Positions 20,211-34,067 of a stretch of DNA of 64,000 nucleotides are shown in pieces. How positions within the stretch are numbered: position 1 is the first letter of the stretch; every line of letters starts with the position of its first letter. The stretch comes from Basidiobolus meristosporus CBS 931.73. Taxonomy: Eukaryota > Fungi > Basidiobolomycota. The stretch covers positions 29,388 through 93,387 of the forward strand of contig MCFE01000330.1 of assembly GCA_002104905.1 (NCBI GenBank). The letters run 5' to 3'. Made by a program: the position numbers and the translations under genes. Under the pieces are notes generated by a model. That model did not search any database and was not told where the DNA came from. It was given only the letters and a program-made list of their open reading frames with translations.

Positions 20211-23200
20211 TGTAGCTATTTAGGAAGTGATTTGGAAATAAGAAACTTATTAAGAAATAGTGACAATATTAAATTGTTCTTTATTCATGAAGAAGCTCAG
20301 TACTTATACCATTGCAAAAGTAATACAACTGCAGCACCAAGTAAGGAGGGTTTCTCAACATTCAGGAGCATCATGTAACAGTCTTATGGTTATTATGTAA
20401 TGTTTTGTAAAAGTGCTAATTTGATCTTGACTTTAGGGGAATAATCAAAGAATTATAGATATGGAGAAAGTGGCAAAGCTAGGGCTGTATGTTAGTCTTA
20501 TATTGACCACAACTTGTCCAAAACTGTTAAGTAAGTTCTTAGCTGCTGAATGAAACCAAATACTCCAATATATCAACACTCCCCCTCAACTAGATAATTT
20601 CTTAATCCTAGTAACTCACTTTGATTCTCAACTGTGGCCTAGCCAGTGGCTTTGTTGATATATTGGCCACCATTTTGTCAGTTGGGCAGTCAGCTAACTC
20701 TACTAAGTTATTTTTACAGCTTCCCTAACAAAGTAGTGTTGTATATCTATGTACTTAGTTCTGGCATGATTAACAGAATTCCTAGATAATGAATTATAAA
20801 TTTGATGATTTTTGTAATTACATGTTGGTTCCTCTGAGTTAAAATCTAATTCTTAGAATAATTTTTGTAGCCATATAGCCTCCTTAGTTGCTTGACAAGC
20901 AGCCATATATTTAGATTCAGTTGCAGATAGGGTCACAGTTGGTTGTTTCTTGCAAATCCTAGTAACAGCTGCACCAGCATAAAGAAATGCATACCTAGTG
21001 GTAGAGCATCTGGCAATCAGCTCTCCCTACACAAATATCAATCAATATAACCATCAACTATTTTCCTATTGGCTGCTCCATAGTATTCCAGTACCATACT
21101 TATGGTACCTTATAGATAACTGAAAATCCATATAACTGCTGTAGTTTAATCTGATCCATAATTTGCATGAGTTAACTGACTATTCCAACTGCCACTGCAA
21201 TATTGGGACATGTTGACACCATCTGATACATCAGGCTACCAACCATTGATTGATAGGGAACGTTCTGGTCCATATTTGAACCTTTTTTACCCAAAACTGG
21301 CAGAGATTTCAGCTTATGGGTGCCTTTTGGATTTGCAGAATCTTGTGGTTGCTCTACATATATAGTTTCTTGCAGATCACCACTTAGAAAGGCTGCTTTG
21401 ACATCCATTTGGTGTAGGTCTATACTGTGTACAGCTGCTGAGCATAGAACTGTTGTAATGGAGCTAAACCTGGCAACCAGAGCAAACACTTCCTCAAAGT
21501 CTAGTCCTTGGATCTTGGAATAGCCTTTAGGTACCAATCTAGCCAAGTACCTATCAATGGTACCATTTGAGATATCTTGATATTATAGACCCATGTACAT
21601 CCTATTGGCTCTATCCCATTTGGTGTATCTACCAGCTCCCACATTTTGCCCTGATCAGAGATTAGTACTCCTCCTACATGGCTTGTTGCCACATAGTAGC
21701 ATCTGGACTTTGCATTACCTGTTCCTAATTCTGAGGTTTGGCACATAAGGCAAGATAAGCTTTCTCATAATTTTTGCATGTCTGCCTCCATGATCCAGGG
21801 GCATTTCTTAAACTGGTAGATCTCCTAATTGGGATAATCTACTCTGATCTAGAAGTGGTAGAGTTATCTTCTGTGTCTGGCTGAGTTAGGTGCTTATCTT
21901 CTTCATTAGAATTGATTGCATTATCAGGCAGCTGGCTACTAATTTCTGGGGCTTTCTGATATAAATTTGTCTCAAATACAATGTCCCTGATTTAGATCAG
22001 CTTCTAGGTTTTGCCGTCACACACTCTACAACCATTGGTATCCTCACAATACCCAAGAAAGTTATCTTTTCCACTCTTGAGTGCCAACTTTGAGCATTTT
22101 TTCAGGGATATGATGAAAAACAACACTGCTAAAGATCCTGAGGTGTTGGAAGTTGGATTTTTTGTCTGTATATGCTTCAAAGGGTGTAAGGTTGCATAGT
22201 AGTGTAGTTGGGCATCCAATCTTAATGATTACTGTGGTAGCAAAAAGTTCAGTGTAAAACTTGCAGTCCATTCCCTTATCATGTGGCATAGATCTTCCCA
22301 TCTCTACTATTGCTATATTTGAACATTCTGCTACTCAATTTTGCTGTGGAGTATGTGGAATAGTGGTCTGTTGAAGTATACCTATATATGAGCAGTATTT
22401 TTCAAACTCCTTTTTTATTATTCTCCTCTATTGTTGCTTTGAAGCGCCTTCAGTTTACACCCAATTGGTATTTCTGTCATGTTCTTTAAGTGCTTAAATG
22501 TCTTAAATGACTCATCCTTAATCTGGTGGAAGTACATCCATGTACACCTTGTCTTGTCATCAATAAACATCATAAAGTATCTCTTGGCTCCAAAGGACAG
22601 CATTAGCATGGGCCCACATATGTCTGAGTGTACAATAGCCAATATTTCAGGGGTGATGATATCTCCTGAGCTCCTGAAATATTGTCTCATTTTTGGTTTG
22701 CAATGTGTCCTAGCCTCCTATGCCACCTCTCTAGTTAGTGTTATTGGTTTCAGCCATGTTGACATACTCAGGCACAATGATCTTGCATTGTAACTTATAT
22801 ATATTGTGATCTCTGATTTTCAATGATAAATTTTGTCCATTTTCACAAAATAGTGAGCTGCTCAACTTAGTAGAAAAAAATTTCAGTCCCTGATTGGTTG
22901 CTTTACTTAATGAGAGTAGGTTCTTAGCTATTGCAGGCATATAGAGTACATCAGTCAGTTTTGCTGTTATTGCCCCTGAGATATCACTCAAATTTAGCTG
23001 TATAGATCCACTGGTGGTAGCTCCCAGCGCTGTGGTGGTGTATAAGTCCAAGGGAGAGATACGTCCAACACTTCTCAAGTATTTTGTGTGTGGGGTGTTC
23101 ACTGGGTGCAATAACCTCTGGCAAAAGCTTGCTAGGAATACTTGGGTTCTGTCTCTAATCTAATGTGAAGGGGAATAAAGCCACAAGCTTGTCAAGGGAA

Positions 23201-25437
23201 AACTATTGAGCTACAATCCCCAACTTAGTTGGCGTCTTAACAAAAGTATGTGCTGGGTTCAGCGTCCTTTGAGATGACAATGTTCTAAAGCTTCCAAAGT
23301 CAACACAACTGTAAACTCCACCAGCAGGGACTTGATAAGAATGCAGCTGTGGTCAATAGTTACAAAGACAGAAAAGTATCTTTGCCTGTACAAGAACAAA
23401 CTTGGGAAAGAATCAAATATAATAAAAGATACCTACTCTGAGTATTCCTCACAAGTAGTGCCTCCAAGGTCAGTTGGCTGTCAGCGTGGTTTCCTGGGAG
23501 TGTCCTGTGGTCTAGGGTTGGAAGTTCAGGTAGCAGCAGGTAGCAGTGATCACACTAATCAACAAGTCGGTATATTGATAAAAGGGATGATGATTTATTG
23601 TTGAGGGAGAGCCTCCCTTATATACTTTTCTTACTGGCTAAGTGATTACTAATCATGGTGTTCCAGAAGGTTCTGGATATCAATAGAAATCTTAATGACA
23701 TCAGAATGACCTAAGAATGTTCTAAGTAGGTGCTGGAAGGTTCCAAGAGGCACAGCACATCCAACCAATCAGGAATCAGTATTCTGAAACCTGTGTAACA
23801 TGGGGATACCATATATGGTATGGAAATGGTAGGGATGGTGACACGGGTTGATCATGTGTCTTGGGTACTGGCGCGGGTACTTGCCTAATATAGAAGCACT
23901 TGTAGCTAGTAATCTTACATAAAGTGAGGGGTAACTTATGCAATAAGGTAAGCAGGTGTGATAGTCAACCAGCTTATGGGATAGTACTGATTGGGTAAGA
24001 CAAATGGGATAAAACTAAAATAAGTGTAGTAGAGATATAGGGAAGTGGAAAATAAGGGAATAAGCACATCTGTCAGTGGGTGTCACTGTCACCCCACTAC
24101 AGCGCAGAGCTCTCTGCCAGATGAACCTTTCTTATGGGAATAGACTTTAAGTTACTAAGCCGCTTCTTTATACCTAAATATGCTGTGATGCTCCAGAATC
24201 ATAAACCATTTATTACTTTGGTTATTGGCACTCTCTTGTTGAGTTACAAATAACTGCTCATCAGCAGTAATATGGTTTGCCTGCTCTAGTTTCTCTTTTT
24301 TGTCTGCGTATTACTTTTGGCATTCTTTTGCCCAGTATCCTGGCTCCTTACAGCAGTTACATCAATCAGGTCTTTTTTGGTTCTATTGCTTTCCCTTGTT
24401 TTCTGTTTGCCTTTTGAAGCTGCATTATCTTTAATTTTCTCTGCTTGATTGTTAAGTCTGAGTTCTTCATGAAGAAGTCTTCTTTTCACATAGTCCAAAG
24501 TAAGTTGTTTTTATGCTTCCAAATGATTGTATGAGTGGCACATACTTGTCTGGTAAGCTGCACAGCAGACAGAGTATCTTTTCTTCATCATCCACACCAG
24601 CACTAATGCTGTAAAGTTCTTCTGCAAGCAGCTCGATTCTGCAAATGAGTTTCAGCATTTCATCATCTAGCTTCTTCCTCATTTTGAAGAACTTTTGTTG
24701 TACATAAAGCTTGCTTGATACTGACCTTGCTCTAACAACTTTCTCCAAGTATTTCCATGCTACTTTGGCAGTACTTGAATCATGAGTCTGTCCAATGAAG
24801 GAATCTTGCACATTGATACATATGGCATTAAAGGCCTTTCTCTCCTTCTCTTAAAACTTCTCCACTTCTTCTGCTGTTCCTTTGGGCTCAACTACTTTTG
24901 CTGTCACTTTATATCAAGGCTTTCTTTCCTGAAGGTGGATCTGCATCTCAATTCTTCAAGCTTGATAGTTCATCCCATCAAACCTCTCCTTTATAGGGAA
25001 GATGATTGCATTGTTCTGTTTGCTGGTAGACGTCATTTTAGAATAGATTAAGGCAATTGGGGCTTGTAACCTGTTGCAATTTAAGAAGTGAATTGGATAT
25101 AATTAACTTATCAAGAAATAGTGATCACAGCTGAACTGTTGTTGACTGATAAAGAAGCTCAGTATTATATCTCTGTAGGAGTCAATCAACTGTAACACTA
25201 AGTAAGGGGGGATTCTCAACATTTGGGAGCATTCTGTTACAGTCTCAGGATTAGTAAATAATGCTTGGTAAAAGTGCTAATTTAATCTTGACTATGGGGA
25301 ATACTCATAGGATCATAGATCCAAAGAAAGTGGCAAGATTAGCACTGTAAGCTAGTCTAACAGTGACCAAGACTAGTCCAGAAGTGTTAAGCAAATTTTT
25401 GCTGCTGAATGATACCAAATTGTACAATAGTTCAGCA
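20211..25437 (-). mobile_element. Ty1/Copia LTR retrotransposon, full-length but decayed, TSD GTTTT
   Basis: LTRs 25072-25437 and 20211-20578; PBS 25059-25071; PPT 20579-20590; gag (24467-24811, KVAWKYLEK..LLCSLP), integrase (IVHSDICGPM), RT (ARLVPKGYSKIQGLDF) and RNase H remnants in Copia order; identical GTTTT flanks. Confidence 0.92.
23031..24101 (-). repeat. Solo LTR (1071 bp), TSD GCGC, nested in the Copia protease region
   Basis: GCGC|TGTGGTGG...CCACTACA|GCGC; inverted homolog of 56093-57162. Confidence 0.9.
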
Positions 25438-25554
25438 GTTTTAGCAAATAGGGGCTTCTTACAGTGCTCTGAAGTGAACTTTTTCCTAAAGGGGTGCCTG
25501 AAAAGCTTCCTTGGAGCAAAGGGGTCTATAGAGGGGTCCTTGGACAGAAAGCAC

Positions 25555-26358
25555 TGTGGTAGGGTAAACATACCTCCCACAGACAAGTTTATTCATATAG
25601 TCATTATGATATACTTATCCAGATTTTATCTTATCAGTATTATCCCAATCTTCTTTTGCCCATATTATCAGTATTATCCCCATATGATGTTTACCCTGAT
25701 TAGTTATTAGCATTAGTTATCCCAGATGGTATTCAGCTTTGTGATTGTCATATGTACCTACATAAGGCAAGTACCCGCGTCAGTACCCGTGACACATGAC
25801 CTAAGTCTGTGTTACCATCCCTACCATTTCAATACCATATATGGTATTTCTATGTTGCACAGGTTTTGGACCACTGATTCCTGATTGGTTGAATGTGCTG
25901 TGCCTTTTAGAACCTTCCAGGACATTCTTGGCATATTTTTGGCTCATAGTGATGTCATCAAGAATTCCACTGATACCTAGAATCTTCTAGAACATTGTCA
26001 TTAGTAATCACTTGGCAATCAGGAAAAGTATTTAAGGGAAAGCAATCCCTCATCAACAAATCATCCCTTCTATTAGTAACACTTTTACCTTATTAATTAG
26101 CAGTTGATAACTGCACCTGCCTTCAACAGTACATCTCAGACCTGCCATCAAGGAGCTTTTCAGGGTAGTGCACAAGACACACAGAGGCCTTTGGAGACAC
26201 TTGGGGCACCTAGGAAGCTAGAGAAGCAGGAGCTTTTACCATAGTGACATATTGACAAGGACACCAGCAGCTTAGACACAGAGGTTATTGCACCCATCAG
26301 TCACCTCACACACCTTGAGTTGTGTAGCTTCTCCCAGGAGTACCTCTACACCACCACA
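25555..26358 (+). repeat. Solo LTR (804 bp), related to the 1.07-kb LTR family, TSD GCAC/GCGC
   Basis: GCAC|TGTGGTAGGG...TACACCACCACA|GCGC; shares blocks (AAGGCAAGTACC, TACCATATATG, TTCCTGATTGGTTG, GAGGTTATTGCACCCA) with 56093-57162. Confidence 0.8.
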
Positions 26359-26449
26359 GCGCATCCAGAGGGGTGTCTAAAGAGTAAAGTGGTCTCTTAG
26401 AGAGGACTTTTCCAACTGGAAGGTGGAGGTTTTCTTGCAGACTTAAATT

Positions 26450-27410
26450 GGATTCTAATGAGCTTGACAGTGTCTGTACTGATGTAGTACCAATCAATGT
26501 CAGAATAACCAGCAGTGCAGGTTATGTTTGGGAAATCTTATAGCCTTTAGACTAGTAATTATAGTGTGGATATTTTAGAAAGTGCAGCACCTGTGAGAAG
26601 CTCATGTGACCTGACTGTCTTGTTCAAAAGACTCATACAATCAAAGTCTCCATAGTAATGCTTGCAATAGAGGCCTAAAATATATGCAATTGGACTCTTT
26701 GGATCATAATTCCTTAAGTACTGCTTCAAATGAGTTGTACCTTAAAACATGCATGACTACTGGGCATTCTACTGGTCTTAATATACTTAGGTGGGCTGCT
26801 TTTCAGGATCTTGGGCAACTGCCCTTCAAAGTTGGAAATTCTTGATCTTTCACTTATGTGTTTTAATGATAAAAAGCAAGATAAAGAAATCAATGCACAT
26901 TGGTTTTGAGATATTGTTGTAATCAAATACTTTCTATTACCAGATACAACAATTATCTCTCATAGCATTGGTACCATTTATATTTTTGCTGAGCAAGTAC
27001 TCTGCCAGCCAATCCTGCTGGCCACTTATTCTCATCACTGTGAATCTGCCCCAATCTTACCAAAGTAGAGTAGAAAGCTGATGGTGGTCTCATTGATACC
27101 GGGACCATAATCACTGTCCAACCTGCACTACAACCAGTATCTCTTTCTAGACAGGTTCTGTATGCAATTTAGCAGGATACTGGTAATTGACAGTGATGTC
27201 AAAGTACATATTATTATTGGAATTGAAGATATACTAGCCATCAGCAAGATAACTGGCTCTTCTGGGAAATGGATAGTACTGCTCTCAGATGTCTGAGATC
27301 CAGGGGCCTTACTCCACAACTCAAAGACACTATTATTATGAAAGCACCCATACTCAAGACAGCATCTTCCCACAGAGAGAACATACTAAAGTCAGCATGC
27401 AATTACAGCA
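26450..27410 (+). pseudogene. CACTA/EnSpm-like transposase relic
   Basis: KYSASQSCWPLILITVNLP (about 26995-27055) and DVKVHIIIGIEDILAISKITG (about 27195-27260) are homologous to 8800-9850 and 58456-59031. Confidence 0.65.
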
Positions 27411-30307
27411 AAGTTAGTATTTGACTTGTTGCATTGTACTGTGCCAGGGTGTGCAGCGCAATCTGCAGTCTTTAAGAACTATTGGGTGCAATATTGAAGC
27501 TACCAGTAGACAGGATTGCTCTTGGACAATTTTGTACCATGTGGGACAATCTTGCACACTATGGCAAAATCCGACACAATGAGGTTGGCATGAATGATTG
27601 CACCCACTTGTAATGTTTGCATCACATGCGCAATTGGATACTGCTATTATGGTAGGTAAAATCTGGTATTTGGATATGTTTCTTCAATGCAAATGGAAAT
27701 AAGTGCATATCACACTATAAACTACACTAATACCTACCATTTTGGTTACCATCACTCCAATTGGATGGTATCTCAGTGGTTAATTGGTCCAAAAGTATCC
27801 TGAAGCTTTCAGCCCCCAATTGGCTCTTTGACCAATACACAAGCTACCTGATCTGCCATCAAATATTCCATTTTGCCCATTAAGCAAGTAAATCCCTGAT
27901 CCTAGTGATTGGACAAGGTGTCATAGCCAGCACACAATCAATTGTATGGGTGCAAATCAGATCAGATGGCTGCACTGGTGCCACAGAGGATGTATACATA
28001 TGCAGGGTGTTTATTCATAGGGGTCCTGTCTTGAATGTGTGACAGCCTTGATATTGTTTATATCTGAAATTTAGTGATCACTGATTTGAGATGGCCCAAT
28101 GCGGATTGCAAAAAAAAGTGTTGTTTGGATCGATACGGATAATAGCAATTCAATGCAATTGCATCATCTCCTAGGCTTTTTTCTCACAGGGATTACTACT
28201 GAAGCATTTGGTAGTGATTAACTTTGCACACCTAAACTACTTTCTTGTTGACTGTCCTCTTGGCTACTTGTGTATTTATAGTCAGTATTTTGCCTCCTAG
28301 TTGATGAGTGCAATGCTGCAGCTTGGCCATGCTGAGTTGCACCAGATGATGCAACTGAGCTGGCCTGCAGTGCTATGCGCTGACAAATTCTTTTCTTGCC
28401 AAAGGCTCTGGTGGTGGAGGCAATCATGTGGGTCATCATCCGTCAGTTCACCAGAAGTAACTTGTTGATGGTCAGGTGTAATGGCACACACAGACACAAC
28501 TTGATGCACTGGCATGGCCCTTGGCTGAGTTCAATGTGATACTGCTTGTTGACGCAACTTGGCCCGCTCCAATGGTCTTGTGTCTTTTTGAGCAGTCTGG
28601 CGGGTTCTGGTGGTTTTGCTCTGAAGCACACACGTTGACCCAATATGCATTGAGTCAATGTGAAGCACTCTTGTGAAGGGTGATGGCATAGTTTGGACTG
28701 ATGGGTGCCGGCACACTGAAGTTGTAAGGGATGGTAAGGAATCCAGCAAGGTGTGCTGGCGCAATCTAGACAATGTTGTTTGCGGTTTGTATTCCTCCTC
28801 TTGGAGCTCACATTCTGATTCCTCAGGGTGTTCACTTACCCTCTGTCTAATACTTTGAAACTGTTGCCTGGATGAGTCTTGTGTATATTGCTCTTGGAAG
28901 CCACTTAGCTCTACAAATATATAATGTAATACATCAGTCATTTGAGGTAAAAACTCATTCAAAATCCCTTTGGTTCCCTAATTCAGTGTCCAAAGGGCGC
29001 ATCCAGCCTGTACTGAGCAAATTGCATGCAAAATCATTCCCCTGTGGCTTCCTCATCAAATCCCCTCACTCTCAGCTCATTCTTGATTTTAATACTTCTC
29101 TTGTTATATATCTTCTTATATACATCCGCTGGCATCTTGATGTAGAACTCATGCCACAGCTTTCTACTCAGGCTCTTCCATCTCTGTTGACTCTCCAAGG
29201 TATCTAGTTCTGCAAGATTAATGAGTAGTGCCCAAATATCTGTATGAAGGCTCATCATAGATACTAGGGCCATACTGAAATCATTTGGCAAGAACTCAAA
29301 CAGATCCAACATTGCCTTTTCCAGTCTGGACCGTGCTTGTGAGCTGGGGGATGGGTTTTATCTGGGTTAAGCTAAAGGTGAGTTGAGACTTGGTATAGGG
29401 ACCATAGTGACGGATTTGGATACTTATACAGTAGTGTATTGGCATCAACCTGGTCTTATATGAGAAATATATGACACCTAATGTGATTGTTGAATTTTCC
29501 ATACATTATGCATAATGCATCTTGGATTGCATTGACATGGATCAAATGACATCAATTACAGATTAGACTTGTTCCATTGTACCGTGCCAGGGCGTGCAGC
29601 GCAATCCGCAGTTGTAAAGAACAATTGGGCGCAATATTATAGCTACCAGAAGGAAGGATTGTTCCTGGACAATTTTGCACTATGCGGGCCAATCTTGCAC
29701 ACTATGGCACAATCTGACATGATAAGGTCGGAACGGATGATTGCACCAACTTGTAATGTTTGCATCACGTGCGCAATTGGATACCGCCATTATGGCAGGT
29801 AAAATCCAGTATTTGGATATGTTTCTTTAATGTAAATGGAAATAAATGTGTATCACACTATAAACTACAGTAATACTTACCATTTTGGTTACCCTCACTC
29901 CAGTTGGACAGTATCTCAGTGGTTAATTGGTCCAAAAGTATCCTGAAGCTGGCAGCCCCCAATTGGCTCTTTGACCAATACACAAGCTACCTGATTTGCC
30001 ATCAAATATCCCATTTTGCTCATTGAGCAAGTAAATCCCTGATCCTAGTGATTGGACAAGGTGTCATAGCCAGCACGCAAGCAATTGTGTAGGTGCAAAA
30101 CAGATCCAATAGCTGCACTGGTATTACAGATGACATATATATATGCAGGGTGTTTATTTATAGGGGTTCTGTCTCAAATATGAGATGACCTTGATATTAC
30201 TTATATCAAAAATTTGATGGTCACTGATTTGCAATGGCTTGATTTGGATTGCAAAAAAAAAGGGTTGTTGGGATCATTACAAATGTGAGCAATTCAAAGC
30301 AATTGCA

Positions 30308-31554
30308 TCATCTTCTCCTGGGTTTTTTTCTCACAGGGATTACTACTGAAGCATTTGGTAGTGACTCACTTTGCACACCTATACTACTTCCTGGCTGACT
30401 ATCATCTTGGCTACTTGTGTATTTGTAGTCAGTATTTTGCCTCCTAGTTGATGAGTGCAATGCTACAGCTTGGCCACGCTAAATTGCTCCGACTGAACCA
30501 ACTGAACCGGCCTGTAGTGCCACGTGCTGACACGTTCTTTTACTTGCCAAGGGCACCGGTGCTTGAGGCACTTCATGTTGGTCATCATCAGTCAGTTCAC
30601 CAGAAGTAACTTGCTGATGGTCAGGCAAAATGGCACGCGCAGGTGTGCCTTGACACGTTGAGATGGCCCTTGGCTGAGTTTGATGTGATGCTGCAAGTTG
30701 ACGCAACTTGGTCCGCTCCAATGGACTTGTGTCTAAATGAGCAGTTTGGCGAGTTCTTGTATTTTTGCTCTGAAGTGCGCGCGTTGACCCGACGCACGTT
30801 GACTCAATGCGGGGTGTTCTAGTAAAGGGTGTTGGCGTACTCTGGACTGACATGCGCAGGCGCGCTGTGGTTGCAAGAGATGGTAGGGAATCCAGCAAGG
30901 CATGCTGGCACAATCTGGATGATGTTGCTTGTGGTCTGTATTCTTCCTCCTGAAGCTCACCATCTGATTCCTCAAGGTATTCACTTACCCTCTGTCTGAT
31001 GCTTTGGAGCTGTTGCCTGTATGAGCCCTGTGTATATTGCTCTTAGAAGCCACTTAGCTCTACTAATATATCACGTAGTACATTAGTCATTTGAGGCAAA
31101 AACTCATTCAAAATCTCTCAGGTTCCCAAAGTTGAGGCATGAACGGACGCGTCCAGCCCATACTGTGCAAATTGCGTGCAAAATTGCTCCCGCGCGGCTT
31201 CTTTGTCAAATCCCCTCACTCTCAGCTCATTCTTGATTTCAATACTTGTCTTGTATATATCTTTTTACTTACATTGGCCGGCATCTTGATGTAGAACTCA
31301 TGCCACAGCTTTCTACTCAAATTCTTCCATCTTTGTCGGCTCTCTGAGGTATCTAGTTCTGCTAGATTAATCAGTAGTGCCCAAATATCTGTATGAAGGC
31401 TCATCATAGACACTTGGGCCATACTAAAATCATTTGGCAAGAACTTGAACGGATCCAACACCAACTTTTCCGGTCCGGACCGTGCTTGTGAGCTGGGGGA
31501 TGGGTTTTGTCTGGGTTGTACTGAAGATGAGTTGAGGCTTGGTATGGGGACCAT
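30308..31554 (-). pseudogene. Transposon ORF2, frameshifted (1-bp deletion near 31255) plus internal stops
   Basis: Homologous to 15963-17234; ORF pieces 31222-31554 and 30479-30913. Confidence 0.75.
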
Positions 31555-31913
31555 AGCAACAGATTTGGATATTTATACAGCAGTATATTGGCATCAACCT
31601 GGTCTTATATGAAATACATATGAAAACTAATGTGATTGTTGTATTTTCCATATATTATGCATGATGCATCTTGGATTGTGTTGACACAGATCAGATCACA
31701 TCAATTGCAGATTTCCTATATGATTATAGACCTATGATTAAAGCATCAATAAAAGTACCAAGGCATTGTTTGCGGATGACTTTTGCAACATAATGATGGG
31801 ATACATGGCAATTGATGGAGATTTAACCATAATGTATTAAAAATCAGATAAATAAGGTGGATTGTGCCAAATCAATTCAAACCACCTTAATACAATCATC
31901 CACCAATTTCAAT

Positions 31914-32798
31914 ATGACTTACTCATCTGAATGGTCTTTTCTCATCAATCCCATCACTACCATTGGATTTCCTTTTGACACACTAGAGGAGATCTATTCC
32001 AAGTACTGTGGACCATCAACCCCAATCTACTCAAGGAGATCCCTTGTCAAGCTTCTCTGCTATTACAAGAACTATTGCCCTACAAGGTTTCATCCCACCA
32101 TCCATGGCAACAAAAGTCCTAGAAGCTTTCATTCCCAGCTGACAGCAATGGAGAACCACCTTGCAGAGGGTATGAATGACTTAGAGCAAGCTTGGAATAT
32201 TAGGTTCAGAAGCTCCAATAGACTTCCATATCCCAGAGTGTTCAGCAACAGGTTCCATATCAGGAGTATTTTGGATACCTTCCCAGTGAGGATTAACAGA
32301 CCTTCTAGAGGGCAGAGGCACTTTTATTCTGGCAAGTACAAGGCACACTGTGTGAAGTTTCAAGCACTGTCTGACATTGAGGGTAGCATCATCTGGTTTA
32401 GTGGGCCATTTGCTGGAAGTAGGCATGACAAAGCAATCTGGGTAGAGAATCATCCTGAATTCAGTAGAGGGGAGAAATGTATGGCAGACTTAGCTTTTAT
32501 AGGAGAGGATTATCAGAGATTAGGATGTATTACAGCCCATTGGAAGCCAAGGAATGGTGTACTTAGCAGGAGGCAGAAGCTCTACAATGAGATATTTAAT
32601 CATTTCAGAGTAAGGGTAGAGCACACATTTGGATATCTGAAGAGATTCAGCATATTGGCCGGTAAATACAGAGGAAAGTCGTATATAGGAGAAAACAGCA
32701 GAATAGGTAAAATAGTTAAGATACTTATCAATGCACAGTATGTTCATACAAGGAGACATCCACTGAGAGAAATGTGTCTGGAGCATTATGAAGAGTAA
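31914..32798 (+). CDS. DDE transposase (DDE_Tnp_4-like), 294 aa, intact
   Basis: ATG at 31914; near-identical to 14719-15603 with all putative catalytic D/D/E motifs. Confidence 0.92.
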   Translation: MTYSSEWSFLINPITTIGFPFDTLEEIYSKYCGPSTPIYSRRSLVKLLCYYKNYCPTRFHPTIHGNKSPRSFHSQLTAMENHLAEGMNDLEQAWNIRFRSSNRLPYPRVFSNRFHIRSILDTFPVRINRPSRGQRHFYSGKYKAHCVKFQALSDIEGSIIWFSGPFAGSRHDKAIWVENHPEFSRGEKCMADLAFIGEDYQRLGCITAHWKPRNGVLSRRQKLYNEIFNHFRVRVEHTFGYLKRFSILAGKYRGKSYIGENSRIGKIVKILINAQYVHTRRHPLREMCLEHYEE

Positions 32799-33182
32799 AT
32801 AAAGCAAGGAAAGCACTATTCTGAGCAGCATAAGTAAGATTGAGTAAAATTACCAGTAACTGTATCATACCACAGGCATCATGGTAGAAATTATAGTGCC
32901 AGATAGTGCCGTAGAGTGCCAGATTGATCCGGCACCATAAACAGGCTGGCACTATGTGGCACTATCCAACAGAACAAGTCTATTTCCTATTTGATTATAG
33001 ACTTGTGAGTAGAACATCAATAAAAAACCCAGTCATTGTTTGAGGATGATTTTTGCAACATAATGATGGGATACATGGCAATTGATGGAGATTTAATCAT
33101 AATGCATGGAAAATCAGATAAATAAGGCTGATTGTGCCAAATCAAATCAAAGCATCTCAGCCTGATCCTTTCCAATTTTAAT

Positions 33183-34067
33183 ATGACTTACTCATCTGAA
33201 TGGACTTTTCTCATCAATCCCATCACTACCACTGGATTTCCTTTTGACACACCAGTGGAGAACTATACCAAGTATTGTGGTCCATCTACCCCAATCTACT
33301 CCAGCAGATCCCTTGTTAAGCTTCTCTGCTATTACAAGAGCTATTGCCCTACCAGGCTTCATCCCACCATCCATGGCAACAAAAGTCCTAGAAGCTTTCA
33401 TTCACAGCTGACAGCAATGGAGAACCACCTTTCAGAAGACATGAATGACTTAGAGCAAGCTTGGAGTACTATGTTTTGAAGCTCCACTAGACTTTCATAT
33501 CCCAGAGTGTTCAGCAACAGGTTCCATAAAGGGAGTATTTTGGATACCTTCCCAGTCAGGATTAACAGGCCTTCCATAGGGCAGAGGCACTTTTATTCTG
33601 GCAAGCACAAGGCACACTGTGTGAAGTTTCAAGCACTATCTGACATTGAGGGTAACATCATCTGGTTTAGTGGGCCATTTGCTGGAAGTAGGCATGACAA
33701 AGCACTCTGGGTAGAGAATCATCCTGAATTCAGTAGAGGGGAGAAATGTATGGCAGACTTAGCATATATAGGAGATGATTATCAGAGATTAGGATGTATT
33801 ACAGCTTATAGGAAGCCAAGGAATGGTGTGCTTAGCAGGAAGCAGAAGCTCTACAATGAGATATTTAATCCTTTCAGAGTGAGGGTAGAGCATATATTTG
33901 AATATCTGAAGAGATTCAGCATATTGGCAGGTAAATACAGAGGAAAGTCATATATAGGAGAAAACAGTAGAATAGGTAAAATAGTTAAGACACTTATCAA
34001 TGCGCAGTATATTCATACAAGAAGACATCCTCCAAGAGAAATGTGTCTGGAGCATTATGAAGCGTAA
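33183..34067 (+). pseudogene. DDE transposase, full length with a single nonsense codon (AGA to TGA, 33477-33479)
   Basis: Same 885-nt span as the intact copies; ORFs 33132-33479 and 33507-34067 are in frame. Confidence 0.85.

Larger units (their letters stand above)
29565..32981 (+). mobile_element. PHIS/Pangu-like transposon, young full-length copy (3417 bp), TSD ATT, nested in the intergenic region of the older copy
   Basis: ATT|AGACTTGTTCCATTG...CAGAACAAGTCT|ATT; the flanks rejoin to the uninterrupted site CAGATTTCCTAT seen inside the other copies. Confidence 0.95.

Noticed and set aside
20140-26400. AGGGGT motifs in the DNA flanking the Copia and solo LTR (about 20180, 25490-25540, 26370) as subterminal repeats of another DNA transposon
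   Set aside because: No terminus or TSD could be located, so the element cannot be supported.
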